This document shows, one piece after another, positions 25,379 to 39,110 of a DNA stretch of 60,876 nucleotides. Below the pieces are notes generated by a model, which was given only the letters and a program-made list of their open reading frames with translations, was not told the DNA's origin and ran no database searches. The stretch's first letter is position 1. Every line of letters begins with the position of its first letter. Position numbers and translations under genes: made by a program. Source of the stretch: Girardia tigrina (taxonomy: Eukaryota); assembly GCA_001938485.1 (NCBI GenBank), contig MQRK01250323.1, positions 3,609 to 64,484 of the forward strand, read 5' to 3'.

Positions 25379-25867
25379 TGAGGTGCTGGTGGCTGAACCG
25401 AGTGGCGGCAACCAGCACCTCTGAATTGTATCGGGACTCAGTGCCCGGAAAGATAGGCTTGTCGTTTCAACGGCGGCTTTGTACCTATCGAGTCCAGTGC
25501 CAACCAGTCGATAAGTGAGCGTGTTCTGGCGCTAAAACCGGTCCACAGTGGTTCTTCGAAGTGTGTCGGTCCTGTCGGTGGTCCACTCGATGAGTCCAAG
25601 TTAGTCGTCCGGATGTCGATCCGCCGAATGATGCGGTGGTAGATCTGGCCCGACCGATTTCACCCAATTTAAGAATAAAAAAGTGAAAAGAAAAATAAGA
25701 AATCTGTTGTTTTTATGAAACATTTATTTTTACCGACATAATTACAAAATTTTGAATTTTCTGCGATCACCAACAGCTTATTTAAACACAGCTTATTTAA
25801 AATTATTTTATTAATTAATTTTAATAATGTTTTTTTTTCATTTCGGTCGTTTGACCGAAGCACCACA
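25379..25867 (+). mobile_element. LTR-like family C, internally deleted copy (489 bp)
   Basis: TGAGGTGC...GCACCACA ends with 5-bp TSD ATTAT. Both ends are homologous to 47656-49394. Confidence 0.85.
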
Positions 25868-25899
25868 ATTATCGATATTACAATAATGTTACATAAATA

Positions 25900-27578
25900 C
25901 CGTGTTTCTCATATTATAAGTCCTACTCAAAATATAAAACATCCTTCGATTTTTTCAATTTGTTTATAAATTTTTTATATTGTAGACCTATCCCAATAAA
26001 TAAGATCTCGTGAAGTTTTTAATTGATATAAAAATTTTTAAAAAATTAACCGATATAAAACGGCTGAGAGACGAAAAAGATATTCAATTAGTTTTAAAAA
26101 AAGCAATCGTTGAAGAGTCTCGAAATCAAAACCTAACTGCGTATTGTCGAGCAAAGAATCTTTATTAAAGACATATACGCAAATGGCGAGCACAATATTC
26201 CAATATTCTTGAATACAATGAAAATGATGCTTCAAAGAGAAAAGTTGGAGCTGGTAAAAAACCAATGTTCGTTGAATTAGAAAATGAAGTGTTTGAATGG
26301 TTTGCTGAAAGAAGAGCATCAGCTTTTGTTGTTAGAAGGAGAGATATGCAAACTTTTGCCATCTCGATTATTTCTCAATTCAATGTACCTGTTGATAAAT
26401 TCAAGTATCAAATAACTGACTTAATATATTTTTGAAACGGTTTGAATTATCTCTAAAAAAGTCGACTACACTCTTTAAATTAGAAGTTGCCAAAGTAGTT
26501 AGAAGAGCTCTTCCATTTAAAACATATATTGATAGTATTGGTTTTTCACAATATCAACTCTCCAATATTGTTGCTAAGGATGAGACAACTATCTATTTGG
26601 GCCAGTCTTCACTTACTACAATTGATTTTAAAGGGGCATCATCCATATATATTGTATCCACTGGTTATGAAAGCGCTCAAATATCATGTGTTTTGAGTAT
26701 TGATTTAAATGGAAAAAAATTAAGGCCGTTAATTATTACGTAGGGGAATAAAGAAACAATTACTTCTTTACTTGGAATAAATATAATTGAAACAAAATAG
26801 TTTGGGGCACTCAAGAAGTAATAAGACAAAGGATAGAATATACATTTCCTTTAATTTTACGTGGCTCACACCGAGGTTTGCTCATATGGGATTCGGTAAG
26901 TACTCATCGAGCAAAAGAAATTGGTAAATTTTTGGATGAGCGAAGAATTGATCAAGTTATGATTCCATATGGAATGACCGGACATTTACAAACATTAGAT
27001 ATTACAATAAATAAGCTTTTTAAAGATTTTCTTAAAATTGAAATTAATGATTATATTGAAAATAGGATTGAGAGAAATTCAAAAGGAAATTATATTAAGG
27101 CAAGCTTAAGTGAAGCCGTATTATATGTAAAAATTGCTTGGCATAGAGTAAGTAATGAATGTGTTAAAAATGCTCTTCGTGCAGGATATTTCGACAAAAA
27201 TCATACATTTAGTGATTCGGCTATAGCAAAGCATGAAAAATATGACCCATTAATTACACGCGAAATGATATTTTCTAATATCGCGATAAACACGTCTTCT
27301 TTAAATGATTCAAATATTCCAGAACCAGATGAAATGGTCATTTTTAATGATAATTAAACTCGATCTGAAATTAAATGTTTTTTTTAAAATAAAATAAATA
27401 ATATTGTGGCTGAATTCGTAAATACACTTCAATAATTTATATTCTTATTCATATTTTATTAAATTTATATTGTAGACCTATCCCAATAAATAGAACCTAG
27501 TCTACTTTTTTGAAAAAAATTTCTAAAAAAATTATATGGATGACCTTATATAGAGGTCTTATATAGTGATAAACATGG
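25900..27578 (+). mobile_element. Full-length decayed pogo-family transposon
   Basis: TIR CCRTGTTT..CA...TATAAG with TA TSD. Motifs LENEVFEWF, KDET, LIWDSVSTH and GMTGHLQTLDITINKLFK. Confidence 0.92.
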
Positions 27579-27609
27579 TAAGACGTCAATATTATATCAG
27601 ACGTTATAT

Positions 27610-27880
27610 TGTAGGTTTGTGTGATAACCCTTGAAGCAAATTTTACTAAATTCTCATCAATAAAATATCCAAAGAAGTCAATAATAAATGCATCATTTCT
27701 AATTTCAAAACACAGTCTGTCTTTCGATCAATTCATGCACATTTAGTGAGAAATACTTAACAGTCCATAAATGTTGATATGGCACATTTAATGCATCCGG
27801 ACTTTCTTCTAAATCGAATTCTTCATCTGAATTCAGCAGAGATTCGTTGTCCACAATGTGTTCTTGAAAATCATCTATGA
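27610..27880 (-). pseudogene. piggyBac-like transposase N-terminal remnant
   Basis: An acidic stretch followed by IIDFFGYFIDENLVKF, resembling the PGBD DFF.LF.D..L motif. Confidence 0.4.
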
Positions 27881-29431
27881 TAACTTAACACAAGTTACAA
27901 CTAATATTTTTTCGAATTTATTTTGAGAAATATCAATTTTTCGAAACTTTGCTGTCAATTTAGAACTAGTAGAATGAATAAAAGAATTGGACATTCCTAG
28001 AGAATTAGTTTTTAAGACATACTTAAAAAATAAACACTTAAAAAATATGCATGCTATACAAAGAAAAAAAACTATTATGTGCACATAAGATAAGGTTCCC
28101 AGACAATTGGATAATGGGGCATTTGGGTAATCTGGCAATAGGTAAATGGGACAATTTGGTAATGGAACATTCGGGTAAATTGGGGTTTCAAATCTCGGCA
28201 TTTTCCAAATCCCTGGATCCAAGAATTATATAATTTTTATTATATAATCATTTTTTCATGAAGTAAAATCATTTTTCATAAACTAAATCATTTTTTCATA
28301 AACTATAATCATTTTTTCATAATGAATAAATTTAAAAACAATGGAAATTTTTATAAAACAAAAGATACGCCACTTCAAAATATATTTTTTCATTATAATA
28401 TATTTCGAAGGTTTTTCATAACTTTCGTATACAGTAGAATTTGCATATTAGCACGTCGGAAAAAGTCAGAAAAAAACTTGTTATTAGACGAACTTGCTAT
28501 TAGACCAATTTACACTTTGAAGTTCGCATTCTCAAAATACCGTTTCAGTTAACCAATTTAATTGCTTTCTAATTAGTGTTTTCTTATAGTGTTCACAACA
28601 CTTGTTTGTTGTTTCAATACTTTTTTACCACAGCAAATAATGGCATGTTAGATACAAGGGGCCAAGAAGATTTATTTGACCCGTTTTTGTACTAACAAAG
28701 AAGATTTTATAGAATAAAATCTCCGCTCAAATTTCTGAATTTTTGAAACAGTTAAGGATTATATTAAATCGATTATTTTTCGAGTCAGTTAAAATTAAAT
28801 CAATTATTTTCAAATCAGTTAAAATTAAATCAATTACTTTTAAATCAATTAAATTTAAATCGAACGATAACACAAGACTGTTATAAAAAATTTTTATTAA
28901 AAGTATTTATAACAATATACACGATTACAATTAAAATTAGCAAAATATGAGTAATATCCCTGTGTATCTTGTCGGATATTATGTGACTGGGAAACTACCG
29001 TTCGCTACTCTCGATTATTTGAAAAATGTATAAATAAAGATTATTATGTGATATACTAAGGATACTATAGTTATAGTTTTAGTAAAATTAATTAATTAAA
29101 TTGATTTTAATATAATAAAAGTAATTTCAACATTGCTACCCCATAAATCAAGAAATTCCTCCAAAATTTAAATATCCTTCCTTTCTCCAAATACGACCGT
29201 TAAAAATCACGATGGATACAATAATTAATTAATCGGCTGAGGAAATTTATAGAGATAAGTGCTTGCTAAGCGAGAATCAATACTCTCAGTAAGACGAAAA
29301 GCTGGCTACGGGCCTGATATTATAACATTAAAATTAAATTTACAAAAAGTTTTTTTAAATTACTTTTATTTTTAGTTAAAATTTTTTTGACTTAACTTAT
29401 AGCCAATAATTTTATTTTTTTAAATTTTAAT

Positions 29432-30318
29432 GGAGTTACAGCATTAATTACCCTAGTGATTTAATTTCCTCTCGAATTAATTTCCCTAAATTAATGCTTA
29501 AGAGAAGAATAGAATTACACATTTTACAGTGAATTAGAAATATTTAAGAAATGGTAGATATAAATTTTCATAAAATATTAAATAAAATACCTTTTTTATG
29601 ATAATAACTCAAAGCATGAAAAGATAAATAAAGAAAATATAAACGATGAAGCAAAAAATCATTTTTACTTAACATTTATTCAAAAAATGACTTTTAAGTC
29701 TGAAATCTGCTTACGACAAATGGCACATTTAGAAAATTCATTATTGTGGACTGCAGTATTGATTATATTTTTTGTGCAGTCATAGCATACGTTTGCATGT
29801 CCACATGAGTGATGTATGCTTCCAGCATTATGTTTATGACAAATCATACATATTATTCTGTTTGTTTGTGAATCTCTGTTCATGCAATCAAAAATACGTA
29901 GAAGCCTTACATTTTGTATCAATGCAGTATTATTTGCAGTCTCACTTGATTCAATCAAGTTTTGTTTAATCAAGTATAGAAGTGAATTTGGAAAATTTTG
30001 AATGTTCAAATGTTTCTGAATAAATGAGAATTTCGATATAGAATTGTTCAAGAGCTGCTGTCTTAAATGGGGGTCTACTGTTAAAAGTGCACTTGGATTT
30101 CTTTGTCTAGATGTCGATCGATCCGTGCCGATTCGAAACTATAATCCACAATTGTATTATTTAATTGAGTTATTGCATTAATTTCCCCAAGGAATTAATT
30201 TCCACAGTGAATTAAATTAACATTCAATAATAAAATTAAATTTATTAAGAAATTAATTCACTGGAGAAATTAATTCACTAGGGAAATTAATTCAGTGGGG
30301 AAATTAATGCGTTACTCC
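29432..30318 (-). mobile_element. Nested MULE-like element carrying a RING finger
   Basis: GGAGTWAC termini with 17-bp AATTAATTTCCC subrepeats and direct flanks TTTTAAT (7 bp). Confidence 0.75.
29680..30051 (-). CDS. C-terminal RING finger (C3HC4, IAP/MDM2-like) ORF fragment
   Basis: CMIC...SCGHANVCYDC...CAICRKQISDLKVIF* retains all 8 ligands and the hydrophobic terminus. No clear ATG. Confidence 0.8.
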   Translation of the reverse strand: MNNSISKFSFIQKHLNIQNFPNSLLYLIKQNLIESSETANNTALIQNVRLLRIFDCMNRDSQTNRIICMICHKHNAGSIHHSCGHANVCYDCTKNIINTAVHNNEFSKCAICRKQISDLKVIF

Positions 30319-30889
30319 TTTTAATGTCGATATAAAGTTGAATAATAAATATTAAAGTTACATTATAAAAAAATTTAAAAATACAATGTACTTACAATTA
30401 TCTATATTGCGTGAGCAACAATTGATATTGAATATATGTTATAATAATATTGAATGTTACCCAATTGTTCCATTACCCAATTGTCAATTTCCAATATGGT
30501 ATTACTCAATTGTCCATTACCCAATTGTTTGGTCACCATGAGATAGACCAGAACTCAAATGGTTAAATATAATATAGAAAATTTAAATTAAATATATAAA
30601 AATAAATATGTATTGAATGTATTAAATATATATTAGAGTTGAATGTTTAATTATTATTAAAATAAATATAATTTTAAAAAAATTGTAGTTTACTTTAATT
30701 AAATTTTAAAAGTTATAAATTTAATAATTTAAAATTATGATCGAAATAAATAATTTTTTATTGTAAAATTATTAGAATGTTTTAGGATAAATAAAATATT
30801 ATTTAAATAATAGAAATTTGCGAAATAATGATTACTTAAAGAAAAGAAGTGAAAATTCGTATAAATTTCTGAAAAGAAAAATTAATAAC

Positions 30890-31670
30890 TGTGCTTTTTA
30901 AATTCAAAAAAGAATCCATCTTCTTGATCATATTTTTGATTTTCTCTGTTGATGTGGAGTCTCGCAATTTCAATTCCCTTTTGTGTCTCCATTTTTGATA
31001 CAATTAACCAAAAAATAAGATGTTAATTTTTCTTAATTCCATTTTGTGTATGAGTAATTTATCGACCATATTTTCAATGTTTTAAAGATATATCTGTGCG
31101 ACACCTCTTCCTTTTTCATAATTGAAAAGATTCATAAAAACTTGAATAATAGAAGATGGTTTCTAAAATGCCATTTTAAGTCGTTCCTCAAAATTGGTCG
31201 ACTGCTTCATAAATTGGAATAAGTTACTTGGCCAAGAATCCTTTGCAGATATTACTTTGAACATCATCTTCAATTTTGTCAATTTAAAAGAATCTTCCGT
31301 ATTCTGTAAGTAATTCGGAGAGATTCTGTTTTCCATTGAAATCGGAGGGGCTTTTAGTTTCCTCCCCGATAATATGTGGATCCCTGAAAGAGATTACAGA
31401 CCCACTGAGACGATATTAAAATTAACCTACTTAGACCCGGTCTTATGGTCCGTGTGCGGGCGCTTTTATTTATGGAGCTGTCAGTTCACCCGAGTGCCAT
31501 TCGATCCACAACTCGAATAAGTCTAGATTTCAACTGTAAATTGCACCGAACCTACCACCGGTATGATTGTGATCATATCATGTTGCTAACATGAATGCCT
31601 TGCGGTAGTAAATCAAAACTCTTCAAATAAAGTGAAATCAAAATTTATTTGTCATAATTACAATTCCACA
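30890..31670 (-). mobile_element. Truncated LTR retrotransposon: LTR 31375-31670 plus decayed gag-like ORF
   Basis: TGTGGA...TCCACA LTR. The ORF remnants KGFLAK*LIPIYEAVD and LFNYEKGR are homologous to 36990-37514. Confidence 0.6.
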
Positions 31671-32844
31671 AACATTATTGATTAAAATGACTTAGTTAAA
31701 CAAATAGATTTTTTATGAAAAAAATGGCTGTGGATCTAACAGCAAGGCAATAATTTTACTTCATTAAATTTTCGTGTTGAAAAAAATACATAAAAAAAAT
31801 TCTTGAATAAAGTTTTATATATTATTATCAAATATTGAAAGATAATTACAGATCTGATTAGTTTAGATAAAAATTTAGTGAAGCAATTTCTATTTATTAA
31901 AAGCAGTTCAAAGACGAATATTAAAGCTATTATAATAAGTATTGAATTGGGGAAATTTAATTTATTTATATTGACTATCAAACCAAGTATAATTACTTAA
32001 ATGTTAAGCTCCAGTATTATCAAATAATTGATTTGTTGTCTTGAAATTATAATAGTTGTCATCCCCCAGACTCAGATCCATGCCAATTTGTTTTATTTTT
32101 TCTCTCTTTCGATAGTTAAATGTCATTCTTTTTATACATATCCTTCTTTCCTTTTAGACTGTCAAGATTTCAAAGAATTGAGTCGAAAAGAATGAGACAA
32201 AACGTTTATAAGACTGATTTAGACAGCTACGAATTGCTTTTGTTTTCTTTTCATTTAATATAGGCATTTTTCTTTTAATCTTTCATTGAAATTGAATAAG
32301 TGTTTTTCAATTATATAAATTGAATTTAAAATATGAAAGTAAAATAAATGATAACAATGTATGTATTAATTGAACATATGTTTGAAGACAAGAGCTATGA
32401 CAGTTGTTTCGGAATAAATCTTTATTATATTATTATAATATTATCAACATTTATACCGAGAACATCTCTTTCTTTGTTCATAAACAATTTAAATCGACAT
32501 TTAGTATATATGCAATAAATAATAGTATAAATTATGAAAATTGAAATACGATTAAATTAAAATGAAAAGAAAAATTAAAAATGTGAGGGATAATTGTGAA
32601 TGTTGTAAGTTTGTTGTTTTTATGCTGTTTAGATTTGTGACTCTCCTACTCAGATGGGATTGATATGTTATTTGATTAATTATTTGAATCTAATGAAATT
32701 AATTTAATGATATTAAATTAAAGTACTAATTAATTAAAGTTTGATAATTATGAATTTTAATAATATTTTCAGTAAACGATTTTAACTTATTAAATTTAAT
32801 ATTTTAGTATGTGTGCCGTTTTATTGCCGAGTAATCGTGCACTT

Positions 32845-34115
32845 TTAGGCAAACTGCATCGACCGGAACAAGTGGTAATCAGAAGGAGCTATGTCTGGGC
32901 TATAAGGCGGGTGAGGTAGAATTTCCCATCCGGCATTTTCCAAATAATTTTTGACCGGTACTGCAACATGTGGCCGAGCATTGTCATGATGGAAAATCAA
33001 TTTCTCGTGTCTGGTCGCCCATTCTGGCCGTTTTTCGGCTATTGCTTGCTTCAAACGTATCAATTGTTGCCTGCATAGCTCTCCCGTGATCGTCTGGTCC
33101 GATTTTAACAGCTCATAGATCTCACCCTTCTGATCCCACCAAATACAGAGCATTACCTTCAAACCATGAATATTCGACTTTGGTGTCGATTTGGCTGGTT
33201 GGCCTGGCTTCAAATATGATCTTTTACGCTTTGGGTTGTCGTAATGAATCCACTTTTCATCGCCAGTGACAATACGATGTAAAAACGGTTTCTTTTNNNN
33301 NNNNNNNNNNNNNNNNNNNNNNNNNNNNNNNNNNNNNNNNNNNNNNNNNNNNNNNNNNNNNNNNNNNNNNNNNNNNNNNNNNNNNNNNNNNNNNNNNNNN
33401 NNNNNNNNNNNNNNNNNNNNNNNNNNNNNNNNNNNNNNNNNNNNNNNNNNNNNNNNNNNNNNNNNNNNNNNNNNNNNNNNNNNNNNNNNNNNNNNNNNNN
33501 NNNNNNNNNNNNNNNNNNNNNNNNNNNNNNNNNNNNNNNNNNNNNNNNNNNNNNNNNNNNNNNNNNNNNNNNNNNNNNNNNNNNNNNNNNNNNNNNNNNN
33601 NNNNNNNNNNNNNNNNNNNNNNNNNNNNNNNNNNNNNNNNNNNNNNNNNNNNNNNNNNNNNNNNNNNNNNNNNNNNNNNNNNNNNNNNNNNNNNNNNNNN
33701 NNNNNNNNNNNNNNNNNNNNNNNNNNNNNNNNNNNNNNNNNNNNNNNNNNNNNNNNNNNNNNNNNNNNNNNNNNNNNNNNNNNNNNNNNNNNNNNNNNNN
33801 NNNNNNNNNNNNNNNNNNNNNNNNNNNNNNNNNNNNNNNNNNNNNNNNNNNNNNNNNNNNNNNNNNNNNNNNNNNNNNNNNNNNNNNNNNNNNNNNNNNN
33901 NNNNNNNNNNNNNNNNNNNNNNNNNNNNNNNNNNNNNNNNNNNNNNNNNNNNNNNNNNNNNNNNNNNNNNNNNNNNNNNNNNNNNNNNNNNNNNNNNNNN
34001 NNNNNNNNNNNNNNNNNNNNNNNNNNNNNNGAGGTAACAAATATGAAATGAGGTAACAAATACGAATATAAGGTTATTTCGTAACAAATACGAAATTAAT
34101 TAGTTGTACACCTAA
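32845..34115 (-). mobile_element. Mariner (mauritiana-like) DD34D, 3'-truncated, gap 33297-34030
   Basis: IVTGDEKW, HHDNARPH and HPPYSPDIAPSDYHLF in one open frame. TIR TTAGGTGTACAACT at 34115. Confidence 0.93.
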
Positions 34116-34689
34116 TATTTTAAACACTGAAAAAATTTTAATTATTTTATGAACGCTGAATCGAATTTACGAATTATTTTGAACTCTGAAAACCTTTGTA
34201 AATTTGTTGAGTTACTATTCGTGAGTTTGATGGAGAGTGATTATTTCAATTTTGTGAACATTTTTTGAATAAAAATTTCGAATATAAAACTCTTTAATTG
34301 CAACATAATTATAATGATGATCACCCTGAGCAATACTACCATTCTAAAATAGGCCCAGCACGAAAGGTCCGAGCTTACAATCACCCTCCGACCCTGCGCT
34401 TCTGCAACCACCGTCTGGTCTTGTAGGTAACATGGGGATCTGGCGGAACAACAGTTAATTTCATATATTAGATTGTAGGAAGTGCTTGTTTTCACAGGGA
34501 GAGACTCAAGGTACAAAATATAATTTGACGAACCATTTCATGCGGTTTTATTAATCCAAAATATCATCTATATTTGGTATAAACATATACATCTGGTGCA
34601 CCTAATAAGTAATTTGCCTATACAAGAAATAATTACTTCAATAAATTTATTTTGAAGGTGATTATACTTAAGTTAATGTAGGTAAAGGA

Positions 34690-35290
34690 AAGGTTTTTTT
34701 CTAAGCTAATAATGTATTTAAAGAAATCGCACAACTTCATTATTTCATCATAACATATCAGATAGCGTTAACTTGTAAATCGTTAAAAAGCTTTGGCTTT
34801 TTGAGAAAACTAGCAGCTAAGAAATTATTTCCACAACTGCAGGACACTTAATAGAGTTAGTGCCCTTGTAAAAAATAATTTACGAATGGGTTCTTGATTT
34901 TAAAAATGGGGACACTAATGTTTTTAGATTTGAAAAAGCCAGTGGAAGTTATAAGAAGAAAAAATGCTACAATTAATTTGTTGTATCATATGTCAAAATC
35001 AACTCAAATACTTTGTACAAATAATAAAGGAAGCATAAAGAAAGTGGCAGAAGAGGAAAAACCGAAGTTTGGCTATTGCAATGCAATGGCTCAATCCTCA
35101 CAACTGCAACAACTGGTGCTTCATTCCCCTTAAAGTCCCGATCTCACCTCTAGTGATTTTAATCTCTTCCGATAATTGAAGAAAGATTTGCATGAAAAAT
35201 GTCTTCATTATGCTAGTTATTTGCAGCAGCATTTTGGACGGGGTTTCAATATGGCGAAATTCTTGGAAATATGTGATAGAAAAAAACTTA
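34690..35290 (+). pseudogene. Highly decayed mariner transposase
   Basis: EWVLDFKNGDT and LHSP*SPDLTSSDFNLFR*LKK. Confidence 0.7.
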
Positions 35291-36461
35291 GACTAATTAC
35301 TTGTTTATTGTTATAAATTTGAATAACATTTGAATAACTAATTTTTATTAGTATTAATTTGAGTTACCACGTACATAAATATAATATTTACAAGAATCCT
35401 GACAAATTGGGCATCCATTTTTGATTATGCCTGTGTTGAGACTTCATAGTTGGGCATCATCTAAGTCATTGAGTTTGGCCTCAGTTTATTAAAACATTTT
35501 ATGACTTATGTGATTCTGCCAAACATTATTTAAAACTTTTTTCTGAAACATTGATAACCCAAAAAACCTTCAAACTGAAAATTTGAACATTTCACATATG
35601 AATTTTCCCTGAAGTAATATAATTTGATTGTTTTCCTGATATTGCCGTCTGACTGATATTTTCTAAATTGAAATGTCTTGTTTCTGAGATTCATTTTTAT
35701 TGACTCGGTCGAATTGGAATCACTAATCACTTTTTAAGAACGTGGTCAAATGTCTTTGAGAATATTGGCGATTTCCTAATTTTTATTATCACTCTGTTAA
35801 TTTTCTCGATCACTGTTGGTATTAGTACTTGAAATTTGACTTCCTTCACATAAAATTATCCTTTAATCTTGATATCTTCAACAAAATGTGCTGACATATT
35901 TCAAATCGAAACTGGTTATTCCCATTTCTGATTAAAAATGGGTTCAGCCATTTTTTCAACTTTGTCAAAATACGTTTTTGTTTTACTTGCTACTTTTCTG
36001 TATTATTGATTTCTTGAATTTCTTAAATCAGCTTCGTTGGTCTTTTGAAGACCTTCATGGAAATGTCCGTAAAATGGACAATTTTAATAACCGCATTTTC
36101 ACGTGTCAAGCAAATGTCAATACAAAAATACTTTCACCGCCTTTAGTTGAATTGTACCCCATGATTTTTGAAACCTCTAAAAAATGTCTTCTTATTTTCA
36201 CAAAATTTCTTTTCTTTTTCACTATCTGAGCAAATTCTTCTTTTTGATTGATTACAGGTTGAAATAATTTACATCTTGATCGAACTTAAGCAGAATTAAT
36301 TAAAGAAACATGTTTTTTTTAAAAAGAAATTAAATAAAGTAATTAATTAGAAATTTTAGTTAAGTTAAAAATTTAAGTAAAATCAAAATTTAAATTTCTA
36401 GTGTAAATACTTCCAAGAAAACACAATTTTTTGGTATGAAGGAAATAAAAATGCAAATATA

Positions 36462-36464
<3 letters not shown>

Positions 36465-36507
<43 letters not shown>

Positions 36508-36557
36508 NNNNNNNNNNNNNNNNNNNNNNNNNNNNNNNNNNNNNNNNNNNNNNNNNN

Positions 36558-36600
<43 letters not shown>
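36465..36600. repeat. (TA)n microsatellite with internal gap
   Basis: Direct observation. Confidence 0.95.
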
Positions 36601-36602
<2 letters not shown>

Positions 36603-36989
36603 GTGCATATATAATTTATATAATGTAAAAAGTTGTTTGTTTAAATAATAGCGGAATCACCGCACAATTTTTTAAATATATAGTTTCCGATTTTGTTGAA
36701 TTTGAATGATTTGTGGTAAAACCGAATTAATGAACAATGAATCCGTTAAATCGGATAATTTTGAATCGATCTCCAAAGAAGTTGATAAAGCGCGAATTAT
36801 CAAAAATAAATCTTATAATAAGAAACTATTCATCAGTTTTATATCACCAAAAGACTGGCGAAAGCATTTAAACTTTACTAATTCCGTTGTAAATGATACT
36901 GATAATAAGAAATTAATTAATAATCTTCGGGAATGTTCCCGGATTTTCAAGAATTCATGTTCGTTATTATCAGTACAGAATTCCCTTAT

Positions 36990-37632
36990 GTATTCCAAAG
37001 AAAGAGAACGAGAAAAAGTCCTCTTGAGGACTAGAAATATTGATTGGATGCGCAGCGCGACACCAATTACTGCGCCTTTGTTGTCCTGTAATACACATTC
37101 CATTTTCCTAACAATACTCTTGATGTCTTAACTTTTTGTGGCAGCGTGCATTTTTAACTCTTTCTTTGTTCAACATTTTTACACAATGTTCCATGAAATA
37201 GGATGTTCATTCCTCTTTATTCCATTTGCGAGACAACAAATTTTCCATCATTGTATCGATCTTCTGAAAAAATAGTGCAGCTGATCCCTTCCTTTCTCAT
37301 AATTGTACAAATCTATGAAGTCTTATATTAATGAAAATGGTTTCTTAAAAATTGCTTTAAACAGTTCATCAAATTTGATGATCTCCGGATCCACTGCTTC
37401 ATATATTGAAATTAAATCCTTGGCCAACAGTCCTTTGAACATCTCCTTCAATTTTGGAAATGTCAAAGAATCTATTACACTTTGTAATAAATTTGTTGAT
37501 GTCATGTTGTCCATTGAATGCTTCCGGAATCATGTTATTGTGAAAATTTGCATAGGTCACCATGTAAGAAGACAAGATTCCACACCAAAAAATATATATT
37601 TATTAATAAACTAACATGCATACATAGAAACA

Positions 37633-37677
<45 letters not shown>

Positions 37678-37724
37678 GAATAAAAGGAGAATAAAAGGTG
37701 AAATCTGTTGTCGACCCCGTAACA
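36990..37724 (-). mobile_element. 5' end of an LTR retrotransposon: LTR 37563-37724, PBS and decayed gag-like ORF
   Basis: TGTTAC...CTTACA with an internal (TA)n, immediately followed by TGGTGACC (tRNA-Trp-like PBS). ATG at 37514: MDNMTSTNLL...KGLLAKDLISIYEAVD. Confidence 0.72.
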
Positions 37725-38589
37725 GTTATGTAATACAAATTTAGAAATTTCCTAAATTTCGTTGATTATGTAATATTTTTATTTAGTTATTTTTCTTTAT
37801 TTTGCAATAACTCACAATCTGTATTAAACTGCTCCAAATCTTCATTTCCCTTTTAAATTCATGGGTCCCGGTTTTTAAGTCACTTTGCCTGATTGAATTG
37901 TAAACTTTCACCAGATTTTAAAATGAACAAAAATATTAATAGATTATTAATAACCGATTAATATTTCGAAATAATTAATTATTATTACTAAGAATAATTA
38001 ATTAGCAATTTTAAGTTAGTTATACTCCCAAATTATTCCTAGAACACCTTCCTCTTAAATCAATAGTCTTAGAGTTATAATACAATATTTTTTGATTCAT
38101 AAAGGAAGAAAATATTAAAAAAATAATACGAAAAATTATAAATTTTAATTTATTTTAATTTTTTTTACAAATATAATTTATTAAAAATTTAATTTCACAA
38201 ATTGACATTGATTTTTGTAATTATTTTTTGTAGAAATCGCTCAAATATTTTCTCGAATTTTATGAATTCGATAGGAATAATATCGTTTCAAAATTTCATT
38301 TACTAAATTAAAACATCAAAATCATTTTTCCGCTGAGCTGCAAATGTCTTTTTACAAATAAATTGTTGAAATTGTTTTAGGGTTTATTTAATTTAATCAT
38401 ATTTTATATAATCTATCTATTGCTTTGAAATGACCTTTGTGTGGAACTTATTAAAGTTATTATTATCAAATAGAGCTTATTAAGAACATATAAAAGAAAC
38501 AAAAGTCTTTAAAATGGTGTACAGACACTATAACGTGACATTTTATCCCTGCGACACTTTATCACTTTATAAAAGAAAAGCTTTCTTAA

Positions 38590-39110
38590 TTAAAATTTTA
38601 ATAAACACTCTTGTTAAGTCATCTAACTGTTCTTGGGAGCCCATCATAATAATTCTATCTTCTCCCGGTCCTGAATCAAAAAGAATCATTTCTTTAAAGT
38701 TATGTGGAAGTGGAAGAAGTTGAGATTAATTATTGAGAAACATTCGATGCTGTAAATTTCTTTTCAAAGACAATTTTATAGGAAGAGCTAAAGGAATACA
38801 TGAATCAAGTTGGATGCTTACAAAGCCGATTACTTCAGTTGATGAGGACGAAATTTCCTCCATCCTCTCATCACTGAAACAGCCTGTCTTGTTGGTGTTG
38901 TTTGCATGTTTCCTTCGTGGTTATGGTCTGGATCACATTTAAAAATTATTTGGGCACTCTGTTGTCATTTTAGCAGTGAATTTCATTCTTCGATACATGC
39001 AGCATCTCCATTGAATTTTTCCATTCATCTATTCTCGATGTTTAAGATGTTGCTTAAAAAACACAAATATTGTCTTTTGATGTTTTTCCAAATGTTATTG
39101 TTTCTTGGAC
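38590..39110 (-). pseudogene. FLYWCH-MULE transposase remnant
   Basis: DHNH and ILFDSGPGEDRIIMMGS motifs. Confidence 0.7.

Larger units (their letters stand above)
28094..30537. mobile_element. MULE/foldback-like non-autonomous element
   Basis: Ends GGTTCCCAGACAATTGG / GGTGACCAAACAATTGG with ~15-bp subrepeats (CAATTGGGTAATGG). Degenerate 9-bp TSD ATAAGATAA/ATGAGATAG. Confidence 0.78.

Noticed and set aside
29302-29316. hAT-like end CTGGCTACGGGCCTG
   Set aside because: No partner TIR or TSD found.
28094-30537. CRISPR-like short repeats (also 28240-28320, 28770-28860, 60670-60860)
   Set aside because: No unique spacers and no cas genes. They are eukaryotic TIR subrepeats or minisatellites.
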